DNA of 61,047 bases, counting the filler, from Dugesia japonica (taxonomy: Eukaryota): the NCBI GenBank assembly GCA_001938525.1. It is 5 parts of 5 records of this genome, joined end to end, with 100 filler letters (N's around TTAATTAATTAA, not from the genome) between each part and the next. Parts side by side here need not be neighbours in the genome. Positions count along the whole stretch, not along the records: positions 9,533 to 18,122 come from MQRL01589503.1; positions 18,223 to 31,876 come from MQRL01636593.1; 3 more parts are not named here. One strand, 5' to 3'. How positions within the stretch are numbered: the stretch's first letter is position 1; each line of letters starts with the position of its first letter. Below the pieces are notes generated by a model. The model had not been told where the DNA came from and made no database searches. It saw only the letters and a list, made by a program, of their open reading frames with translations. Positions 12,294-22,851 of the stretch are shown one piece after another. The translations under genes and the position numbers were made by a program.

Positions 12294-14212
12294 TTCCTTT
12301 ACTTTCAGAGCTTTATCTCTTACGTCTTTATCTGCATAATCACCCTCAATTAAACTTGCCAGTATTACTAATCCTCGGCCACCTTTTAGTTGACCAGCAA
12401 ATGATATCAATTTAGGATATTTTATGTTTAAATCTGAATCAGTTTTGCACAATATTAAAATTTGTGGTCTGAGAAAAATTTTATTTCAATAGGCTGTTAC
12501 TATTTATTACCGCCAATTTTTTGTGTGTGTATCTTCTTCGATATTTAACAAAGAGTATTTAGCACCGGCTAATTTTAAACCACGAATACCGTCACCCCAC
12601 TCTTTTTCAGCACCACGATATTCTACATATTTATAAATAGCAAAACACAAAACAACGGTAACAAGTCCATAATACCAATATGTTGCAAATATTATAAAAA
12701 AGCTTAATGCTGCTCCGACCAATGAGAGAAACCTAAATTTTACAAAAACGAAATTTATAATAGAAAATAATCAAAATCTATAATTGAAAATAATAATAAA
12801 TTTATACATTGTTTTATACATTGAGATATTAAACAATTGTTAGATTTAAGTTAACTTTTAACATCATTTATAAATTAAATAAATAAAATATACAATCGAT
12901 TAGGTAACAGTCTCAATAACAATCGTGTGTAAAGTATTGATAATTAAATCTTGTGATCTAAAAATTCCAACTGATCTTTCTAAATATTTATTGAATTTTA
13001 TTGAGACTGTTACATAATCGATTTCATAATGCGGAGCTTTACGTTTTCCTGTATATGGCAGGTAAACTATCGAAACTGGTTGTAATTAATAAATTCATTT
13101 AAATTATTTGTTAATGAATTTTTTAATAAAAATTGTCATGATTTTATAAATTTTTAAATATATAATATTTGAATTTGCCTTTGACAAGGATAATCACAAT
13201 AAATATAGAAACACGCCATGTAAACCAATATTTATTAATAGCAACAAAATTAATAGTGTCGAAAGTATATCTGTCATAATCTGTTTTAAAGAATAAATAC
13301 AGTATATATACTGAAATTCTGAATTATGTAAATTCAAATTAAATAAAGATATTCAATAAAGATTTAGAAAGACCCGTTAGAATATTAATTTTTGATAATA
13401 AAATCAACTCAATGTTTTGCATATTACTTTTCCCAATAATCTCTAANNNNNNNNNNNNNNNNNNNAAATTATTAATATTTATAACTGGTTGAAACTGAAT
13501 ATTATGTTTCGCAATATTAATGCAACTACCTAACCGACTATAAAGAAATATTTGTTTAAATGGCGTGCTTCTGTGTTTATCAATAAATTGCCATTATTTT
13601 AACTTTAATAATAATAATAATAATGTTAAAATAATATTAATAATAGTATAAATTTAAAGAAAGAAAATGAAAAATTACAAGAATTTCAATCTGATAAATG
13701 ATTATACTGATTTTAGCAAAACTATAATCTCAAATTAATTAGCTTTAAAATAAATTTAAATTAGTAATCAATTTTCAAACAAACAAATATTAAGTACCAA
13801 ACAATAAAATTAAATAATATTTGAAATATTTCTACACTATCGATTTAAATTTTAGATTAAATTTCTTTGAAAAAACATACCAAATAAAAGTAAAACAAAA
13901 ATTTACCAATGATAATATCTAAATCTTGGTCGCCAATTGGGCGAATTGAGTATATTTTGTAGAGCACATGCCAAATTTACAAATGCATAGAGCATAAGAA
14001 AAAAGATATCTACTAGAGGAGCAATAAAATCTACATTTCCCAATAAAATAGCACATTCAGCAAAAAAATAGGATAACAATAAGCATCTGAAAGGCTCTCC
14101 AAATCGAGTTATTGGAGTAAATATTTTTAAAAATGGGATGACGTCATCTTTAGCAATTGCATGCAACAATCTTGGAGCACCTAAGAGAATAAAATGCTAT
14201 TTAGTAATAATA

Positions 14213-14274
<62 letters not shown>

Positions 14275-15163
14275 NNNNNNNNNNNNNNNNNNNNNNNNNN
14301 NNNNNNNNNNNNNNNNNNNNNNNNNNNNNNNNNNNNNNNNNNNNNNNNNNNNTATTGATATTTTCTAAATTAGTATTTAAAATGGTATTATTATTTCTAA
14401 TACTTTCTAAACCATCCAGATTATTTATTTTATATTTTAATAAAGTACTCAAATATTAAGAAATATTCGAATGAAATTCCAAAACTATTTGGTAACAGTA
14501 ATTAAATATGGATCATTGTGTAATCAGCAAAATGAAAATGAAATAATCTTCTAGAAATATCATTTTAATTAATGGGATTGCATAAATTCAAATTAAGAAT
14601 TCTTTTCTGATTACTCTAAATTTTCAAATGTCAAATTTTCCTCTTGTTTTGAAAACGATATTATTTTCAAATAAATTTGTTTCAAATAAAATGACACAAT
14701 ACATAGTTATTTGTGAAATTTATTTCGTTATTTCAATATTTTATTTAATTCCATCATAAATACAATAAATCTATGTATTCACATAAACCAGTTATAAAAT
14801 AAACCATTTAGATTTTAAGAAATTACAAAAGAATTGAATACATAAAACTTTACAAAACTATAAATTGTTGATCGTTTAGAACAAATTTTAAACATTTTCC
14901 CATTTAATACTTACTACATAAACATTGAAGACCTGCTCCAAAAGTTGAAGTTAAAGAACCAATTAATAATACCCATCGATGAGGCCAACAAACCTCAGCA
15001 ACAACCATTCCGCCACCCATACTGACACCGTACTTGTCTAGAAGAACTTCTCGTGTTGTTGTTCCAGCAAAAATAACTACAAATGATAAGTAAACAACAG
15101 ATGTTGTTAATTGCGCTGCAATTGTGTATCTTGGAATGTCCTTTTGAGGGTCTTTCAAATCAC
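12294..15163 (-). CDS. kcc: K-Cl cotransporter (SLC12A4-7/KCC family), four internal exons
   Basis: Exons 14915-15163, 13907-14180, 12511-12732 and 12294-12468 with GT-AG introns splice in frame: [66 protein letters not shown]. Confidence 0.95.
12894..13023. mobile_element. Small MITE-like element with 26-bp inverted ends
   Basis: AATCGATTAGGTAACAGTCTCAATAA ... TTATTGAGACTGTTACATAATCGATT (1 mismatch), inside a KCC intron. Confidence 0.7.
14205..14274. repeat. (AAT)n microsatellite; others at 22683-22727, 47295-47322, 48343-48414 and 48688-48835
   Basis: Directly visible; most abut N gaps. Confidence 0.95.
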
Positions 15164-15814
15164 CTATGAATATTAAAGAATATTGAAAACAGAAAGAAAA
15201 TATTTAATAAATAAATATGAAGTTCTATAATATTTTATTAGTGAAGATAAGATTAATTAATAATCAATAATTATGATTAGTGCACGGAATTTAGTGATAT
15301 TTCATTTTCTAGAGAAATCACACAAATGTCTGTTTAGAAAATGGTCGTGTTTTAGCTTAGTTCCAAGGGAAATGGAACATAACTAAATTTTTTTGATAAA
15401 AAGTTTATTTAAAATTTTAAAAGCAAAAGATCAAAATTGTTGTTCTATTTTTGTAGATGGTTCAATATTTCGGCTATTAATAGATAAATATTAATAGATA
15501 AATATTATAAAATTTTAATACCATTTAAGAAAAATTTAACAACAATATCGAACCGTTAATTTATATGAAAACAACAATATTTAACTGATTATTTTTTAAT
15601 TTAACATTTTNNNNNNNNNNNNNNNNNNNNNNNNNNNNNNNNNNNNNNNNNNNNNNNNNNNNNNNNNNNNNNNNNNTGGAAAATTCATTAGCATACTTAT
15701 CGTTTAGTATACCAACAATTATTAGAATACAATGAAAGAATTTACTGTGGATTTAATTATCTATTTCTATTGGAAATATAAAAAGTTTATTCAGCGACAA
15801 AATTAACCAAAGAT

Positions 15815-17655
15815 CCAATCGTCTCCAATGAGCTGTTATTAGCGCAATATATTCGTTCCTCGCTTTTCTCTAACATTGTTTCTCAGAGTTTATTAAATCC
15901 TTTCATGCTCATCACATTTATTCTTGCTCCTGTATCCAAAAAACAATCAAACTGTTCACTCTTGATCATCACGGAAATACTGGGTCTCCCTTGCATTTTA
16001 TCATACGAAATTTCTGCATTCTGTTTTTCTTCAATTATTCCTATCACTTCTGCTTTGTTAACTTCCGCATCATTGAAACTTTCTCTTTTTAAGAATCTGT
16101 AGACATTTTATCTCACTTTACTAATCTCATCCCATTTCTCGGCCTCTTGAGGATATTCAAACGGTATCTCGTTCAATGGATTGCTCCGACCAACTTTTCT
16201 ACTGACGGAGCCCTGCCTTTTGGGTATTCTCTTCTTGGATCATCATTTTCTATTATGCTCTCAGAAAATCTGTCTTCATTCTCGTCATCAAATTCTTCTC
16301 GAATGGCATGAATTGGTTTTGTCCGATTCCAATCTTTCGTTTGTTGCCTGTTTCTAAAATTGTATCTTCTCTCTTCTAGTCAAGGTTTATTAATGTTCGA
16401 ATAACATTCTTCTGCTCTGTGACCCGGTCTTTTACATCTATTGCATACAATTTCTGTGCACATCCTTCTGACATGACCAATTTTACCACACCCAAAACAT
16501 TTTGGTGGTTTCTTGTCTGGACAATTTCTACTTAAATGTCCTTTTTTGTGACAAGTCCAACATTCCACTTGAGAATTTTTTGGACACTCTCTTTGTGTAT
16601 GCCCATAACTCTGGCATGTTCAACACTGTGGTTATGTTCTTTTTGTAACTCTCTCAATATTTTGTCTCCTTTCTCCAAAACGTTCTCCGCGTGTTACACC
16701 AGCGTAACTGTTTACTACGTTAATGGATTCTCTTCTTTTTATTTTTTCCACCAAAGATAACGTTTCTTATGTCTTCTACTTTCTCCAATTTTCGCATAAT
16801 AATCTGTTACGTTTGATTTTTTACTATTTGCACAGATTATTAGCATTTTTGATAAGAGTTTTTCTTACGTCAGTTCTCCAGTTGCTAAAGATTTATCGAC
16901 CAAATCTTCCACTCTTTTAAAAAACACATAAAATTCTTAATCACCACGTTTATGGCTTACAAGATTCTGTAAATCTTTTATTATGTATCTCTTGCTCTTA
17001 ATAGCTAATCGCAATCTCTCTCGATATCCATCAGCTTTCTTCAACTTCTTTACATATGCTTCCATTGAATCTTCATGAAGCATACATGTTACCCAACGTT
17101 TCTGATCTTTCTAGGCAATGATGTTCTTTGCCTCAGAGTATATTTCACACCGTTTGATAAACTTCCTTAGATCTGCAAAACATTTTTTTCGGCAACAATC
17201 TTTCTGTGATTGCATCGGTGTTTACCGCTGCCACAATGTTAGTTGGGTTTTGAAAACTCATCGAATCATTAACATCAGAATTCAAATTTATTACAACGAT
17301 TTATTAATATAAAAAAACTATATATGATTTAAAAAAATACATTACAATAGAAATTTAATTTTATATTTTATTATATTTAAATTATATTTGATTTTAAAAA
17401 AATATATTAAATAAAAATCTTTTGTTCATTTCATTTTATATTTTAAAAAATCCTTAAATTTAAGTAATTTGTTTTATAGTTTATTTTCTTGATATATTTT
17501 TAATTATACTTTTGATTTTACTAAATTCCGTTTTTAAAGATAAAAAATTTTAAATCTGTTCTTTTAAAAAACTATCTTATANNNNNNNNNNNNNNNNNNN
17601 NNNNNNNNNNNNNNNNNNNNNNNNNNNNNNNNNNNNNNNNNNNNNNNNNNNNNNN
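15815..17655 (-). mobile_element. Truncated Ty3/gypsy copy: 5' LTR, PBS, gag with three CCHC knuckles, protease
   Basis: LTR end ..CTAACA at 17237 followed by a tRNA-Leu-like PBS TTGTGGCAGCGGT; CWTCHKKGHLSRNC, CFGCGKIGHVRRMC, CNRCKRPGHRAEEC; protease FLDTGARINV near 15920-15950. Confidence 0.88.
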
Positions 17656-18122
17656 AAATATAAAAAGTTTATTCAGCGATAAAATTAACCAAAGATTTAC
17701 TTTAAAAAACAATTTCATTAATAATATTTTTAATCAAATTTCAATAATCTAATAATAATGAGAATTAAATAAAAAATTCATGATTAATTAACTAATTAGA
17801 GTTAGAAGTAAAAGGATGGATTTACATAAAATACCGATTAATTTTATTATAAATAAAAAATTTTAAAAAGCCACTAAATAAAAAACGTAGAGTATTGAAC
17901 ACATTATTTTTGACATGGAATTAGTATAACACATGTCAGCAAAAATATCAATTACTTTTTCAAAAAAATTATAATTGAAATAAAATTTCTGGAATGCCTA
18001 TAAATTAATTGGAACACATTTAACATTATGATTTTATTTAGTGATGATATTAATCGTGGTTATGTTTCTTGATTGCCCAAGAAGTCAATAAGAGTTATTA
18101 CTATTATTATAATAATAATAAT

Positions 18123-18222
18123 NNNNNNNNNNNNNNNNNNNNNNNNNNNNNNNNNNNNNNNNNNNNTTAATTAATTAANNNNNNNNNNNNNNNNNNNNNN
18201 NNNNNNNNNNNNNNNNNNNNNN
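18123..18222. other. Artificial contig linker
   Basis: 44 N + TTAATTAATTAA + 44 N. Confidence 0.95.
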
Positions 18223-18429
18223 ATTTTATGTTTTGATTAGTCTTTTCATTTTTCTTTTATATATTATTAATAATATTGTCTGAGTAGCATCTAATCTTTA
18301 TATTGCTCGGAGCGATTAATATTGATGTTAATATTGGTCGTAGGGAAATTCACTTCAAAATTTGAAAATTTAAACAAAATAAGTTTTCCCATCGATTTTC
18401 TTTAAAAAATTNGTAAAAATCNTTAAATC

Positions 18430-19299
18430 ACTTNATTTAAATAAAAATCTGAAAATTCAGTAATTTTAAACAATGATAAAGATCAATTAATTTAAACAAA
18501 AAATAAATAAATAAAGATTAAAACAAAAAATATTATGTCAGCGCGGGAAGTTTAAATATCAAGTCTGCCCGGGGAATTTAAAGATGATGTTTATCAGATG
18601 ACCTTGAACTACTTCGACCAATCAGATCGCAAGATACTATATCACTTTGAACGTAAACTACTTCGACCAATCAGATCGCAGGATACTGTATCACTTTGAC
18701 CTTTAAATACTTTGACCAATTAGATAGCAAAATACTTCATTACTTTGACCTTGAACTACATCCATCAATCAGATCGTAGGATACTATATCACTTTTACTT
18801 TAAAATGCTTAGANNNNNNNNNNNNNNNNNNNNNNNNNNNNNNNNNNNNNNNNNNNNNNNNNNACTTAATTTAAATAAAAATCTCAAAAATCATTAAATT
18901 AAAACAAATCACAAAAAATCAATTACTTTAAACAAAATTAAATAAATAAATAAACATTAAAACAAAAAATATTGTCTGCGCGGGAAATTTAAATATTAAA
19001 TCTGCGCGGGAAATTTAAATATTAAGTCTGCCCGGATGATAGTTGTCATGGAAATAACCCTGACCTACATTTAGTCGACCTTGAAATATTACCCCAATCA
19101 GAACTGAGTTAGCTAAATCATTCTGAAAATTAAACCTTGAATTATTGCAGCCAATGAGAATGAAGTATACTAAAACACTGACCTTGAAAATTTAACCTTG
19201 AATTATTTCAGCCAATGAGAATGAAGTATACTAAAACACTAACCTTGAAAAAATTGACCTTGACGGGGGGGTGTTCCAGTGCGCCACTATCTATCGACT
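18430..19299. mobile_element. Terminal region of a Polinton/Maverick-like element with two tandem regulatory modules
   Basis: Ends in GCGCCACTATCTATCGACT at 19299; duplicated ~430-bp module holding GCGCGGGAAATTTAAA repeats and 49-61-bp TGACCTTGA/CCAAT repeats. Confidence 0.6.
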
Positions 19300-19435
19300 C
19301 ATTTTTCATAATACTCACTTGATTCTAATTCTACTTAATCTCTATTGGTCAATGGTGTCAGTTTAACAAAAGAATTTAAATAAAATAAAATCATATTAAA
19401 TAAAAGAAATCTGGCTATAGAAAGTTATATTATGG

Positions 19436-19666
19436 TTAATTCCATCCNNNNNNNNNNNNNNNNNNNNNNNNNNNNNNNNNNNNNNNNNNNNNNNNAACTG
19501 CAATCTTGATCTGGAGCAAGCACACATGGATCATCTCATTAGTTACTTCTTCAACCATTTTTTGGTAGATTCTTCCGAATGGGAAATCGTTGTAGAAATG
19601 AGGTAACCAGAGGTTACCTTTAAGTAATGAGTTCCTGGTTGGATTTGTTTCACGTTTGGTTTCCAA
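19436..19666 (-). pseudogene. Short orphan ORF downstream of the CCAAT/TATA promoter (TTG start, contains an N gap)
   Basis: ORF track plus its position relative to the promoter; no homology recognised. Confidence 0.35.
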
Positions 19667-19741
19667 AATTTTTTTGATTGACTTTCAGTTAAATTTTCGC
19701 TTTGGAATTTTTATGAGTTATTTTCGTCTGAAATTGAAATG

Positions 19742-19882
19742 GTATTTATACTGTTTCTCTTTACATCCTCGTTTCTTTCATTGGTTACTTAACGTCGTAT
19801 CATTTTTCTAATGTTTCTATTGGCTTTGTCGTCACATGAGTTATTTTATTGGTGGTTATTTTTAGGATTCCAAAATTATTGG
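19742..19882 (-). promoter_or_regulatory. TATA box with four upstream CCAAT boxes
   Basis: TATAAATAC at 19750-19742; CCAAT on the minus strand at 19780, 19819, 19848 and 19878; a short ORF (19436-19666) follows. Confidence 0.6.
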
Positions 19883-20683
19883 TCAATCTTCAAACCCTTG
19901 TATCTTTTTTCTGAGTCTCGTTATGATTTTTTAACTTGGATTTTCGAAATCTCCGATTTTTTTCTTGACCATAATCTTCTTAATTGCTAATTTTTGCACC
20001 TAGGGAAGTCGTCATTTTTGCCATATTTCACAAAATATTTCATTTTCTTTTAAAAATAAATCATTTTAATTCGTATGATTTATTTTATTTAAATAAATTA
20101 TTTATTTTCTTCTTAAATATTAATTATATGTTCATTCTTTGCTTTTCTGATCTGAAATTAATTTAAGTTCATCGTTTTTTCTTTCATTAATTAATTTAAT
20201 TAATTCCTTTTATTTATTTTCTCTTTCTCCAATTATTAGCTCAATATTGTTTTCTTAGTTTTGCCTAATGAACTAATTGTCATTCCTTATTTTCTTTATC
20301 TGACTGATAGCTTAACTTCTATTACTTTTTTCTTCCTTTTGGCATTCTTATTTTTGAGTTATTTCTTGCTGTAACTTTAGATTTTGCTGGTTATTACGTT
20401 AGTTTTAACTACCAACCTTGGTTTTTCTTTTAATTATTTCTTTCCTTCAATGAATTGTGACTTTCCTTTATCTGGAATCTTTGTTTCCCCATTTGGTGAC
20501 TATCTTTTCATTTTCGACTTTACCTACCGCCATTATTATTTTCCATACCAGTTGTTTCATCCCAAAAATTGGAAAAAAAGAATTTAAGATCAAGGAAAAT
20601 TTTCATTTGTTCATTATGTTTTGGGTTAAAATAAAACCTGTTTTTGAACAGTTTTTATAAATTAAATGAAAATAAAACTCTTA

Positions 20684-20952
20684 AGTAGATAGATAGTGGC
20701 CCACTAAATTATCTCCTACAGTTGACGTAAGAAAATTATTACTTAAGCGATTTAGAAATTTTCAAGTATTTTCAAGAATTTTCAAGTATTTTAGGCAGCG
20801 AACAAAATTTATGTTCGATTACAAATGTTTTGCTCGTATTTTATAAAGTTTGACGAATTATTTTCAAATTTTAGGCTTTCCAAATTTCGGTCCAAATAAA
20901 GGTTTCAACATAAAAATGTAGGTTTTATTGACCTTGACGGGGTCAAGGTTAT
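20684..20952. mobile_element. Terminal fragment of the AGTAGATAGATAGTGGC family
   Basis: AGTAGATAGATAGTGGCCCAC at 20684; 10-bp tandem repeat; hairpin ACCTTGAC-GGG-GTCAAGGT at 20931-20949. Confidence 0.55.
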
Positions 20953-21425
20953 AGGACATCGAATATAGATACATTCAATAAAGGTAAGAAAGGATAATTG
21001 CAAGAGAACTAGTGAGAGGAAGCTAATGCAAATAATGACAAGAAAAAGTGAGATAGTATTATCTAATTTACTTGAAGTCAAATAATTTTGTCTGAAATTT
21101 ATATGAACTTTTTTCAAATCGTTAAAATCAAGTAATTTACCCACCAATCTTTCAATTAATGTTTTAATCTATTCATACCTTATTTAATATAGTCTATATT
21201 AATATGAATCTATACTTTACAACCAATAATTATTCATGGTTAATTTTATTCACAAATTTTTACCTTAATATAGAAAATCCCTCGAGAAAATAGATAGACA
21301 TTTTTACTAAAAAAACAATTTAAAATTCATTTAATTTTCTTAGATAAATTAAATAAAATAATTAAATAAATTAAAATTAAATTTCAAAAAGAAAAAACAA
21401 ATAATTTAAATGATACTAAAATTAC

Positions 21426-21779
21426 CGGATGTGTTAATTTTAGATCTTCGAAATTTCCAAGTTTGCCCATTAATTTTCGATATAAAACCGGAGGCAATTT
21501 TAAATCCAATATAACATTATTATATATAGCTAATCCCAAAATAATTCCTATTAATTTATATTCTCTGTGCAATTCTTCCATGGGAAAAGGGTTGAACCAA
21601 AACATATTTGTTTCGTCATTATAAACAAACATTCCATAATCCGGATTGAATATTTTTTCCACAATTAATTGAAAAAATTCTTTACTAACGCCACCTTCAT
21701 CAATAGTTTCTTCATTTTTAAATTCAATATAAAGTCTCCTTTTCAATTTATTAGTTCCAGTTGAAATTGTAAATTCTAG
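21426..21779 (-). CDS. UBE3A: UBE3A/E6AP HECT E3 ligase, HECT N-lobe exon
   Basis: LKRRLYIEFKNEETIDEGGVSKEFFQLIVEKIFNPDYGMF..FWFNP..LGLAIYNN..YRKLMG; splices in frame from DDALNG at 29139. Confidence 0.95.
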
Positions 21780-22682
21780 CTAACAAAAAAGAAATATCAA
21801 AAAATATACTATGCATTAATTGAAAGAAAATTTATTCTTATTAATCACAGCAATAAAGTGCTTATCTGATACATTATTTAAACAATAACTAAATATTAAT
21901 AATTTCTATTATTTACATAGGAAGAATACAGTGAAAGAACATGTGTTTATTTACAAATTTCTTATTCATTCATTTGTAAAATTGCAGTCCTAAATTTGTT
22001 GTCAAAATAATATTTACCATCTTAACAATAGTAACACAAGATACATTAAAAATACGTTATTAAAAATGTTCTACATTTTATCATACCATATTTTTTATAC
22101 AGTTAATGTAACTTTTACTTTAATTAATTGCTCTCTTGGAAGTTATTTGCTAGATATTTTTAATATCATTCGATAGAGGATAAATAGTTAAATAAAAATA
22201 CAATGTTTTAATTAGTGACCAATGAAAATTCATTTTAATCTGATTAATGTAAATTGTGTTTCTATATAAACTTTAATAACCAGAATGAATTGAGTAATAG
22301 TTCCTGAAGAAGGCATAGCCGAAATATTGAAACATCTACGAAAATAGAAGAACATTATTTTGATCTTTGCATTTAAAAATAAATTTTTAAAAAAAATTGT
22401 TTTTCAAAATATTTATTGACTATTTTTTTATGTCGAAATCTATTTTTATCATATTTTTACTATTTTATTGTTTTAATTAATTCATTTAGTACGCATTTTA
22501 TGTAAAATTGTTTTTTCTTTCATAGGCGTAGATTTTGTTCACATCTTGAGTTTTCACAACTTAAGTGTGAACTTTCACACCTTAATGTAAACTATAAAGA
22601 TGTTCACACAATAATGAGAAATTTCATACTTCAAACGTAACTTTTTACACATTAATTGTCAATTATTACTTTTTATTATTAC

Positions 22683-22727
<45 letters not shown>

Positions 22728-22851
22728 NNNNNNNNNNNNNNNNNNNNNNNNNNNNNNNNNNNNNNNNNNNNNNNNNNTATTATTATATTATTATATTATC
22801 ATTATTACTGTATTACTATTAATAATAATAGCCAAAAAGCAAAAGAAAACA

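Noticed and set aside
13198-13580. Degenerate ~35-bp inverted repeat in a KCC intron
   Set aside because: Probably an old MITE; boundaries and TSD cannot be defined.
18599-18795. Regularly spaced repeats as a CRISPR array
   Set aside because: Whole units are similar with no unique spacers, there are no cas genes, and the context is eukaryotic.
20400-20560. OB-fold/SSB-like peptide AVGKVENEKIVTKWG
   Set aside because: Too short and stop-interrupted to support a family call.
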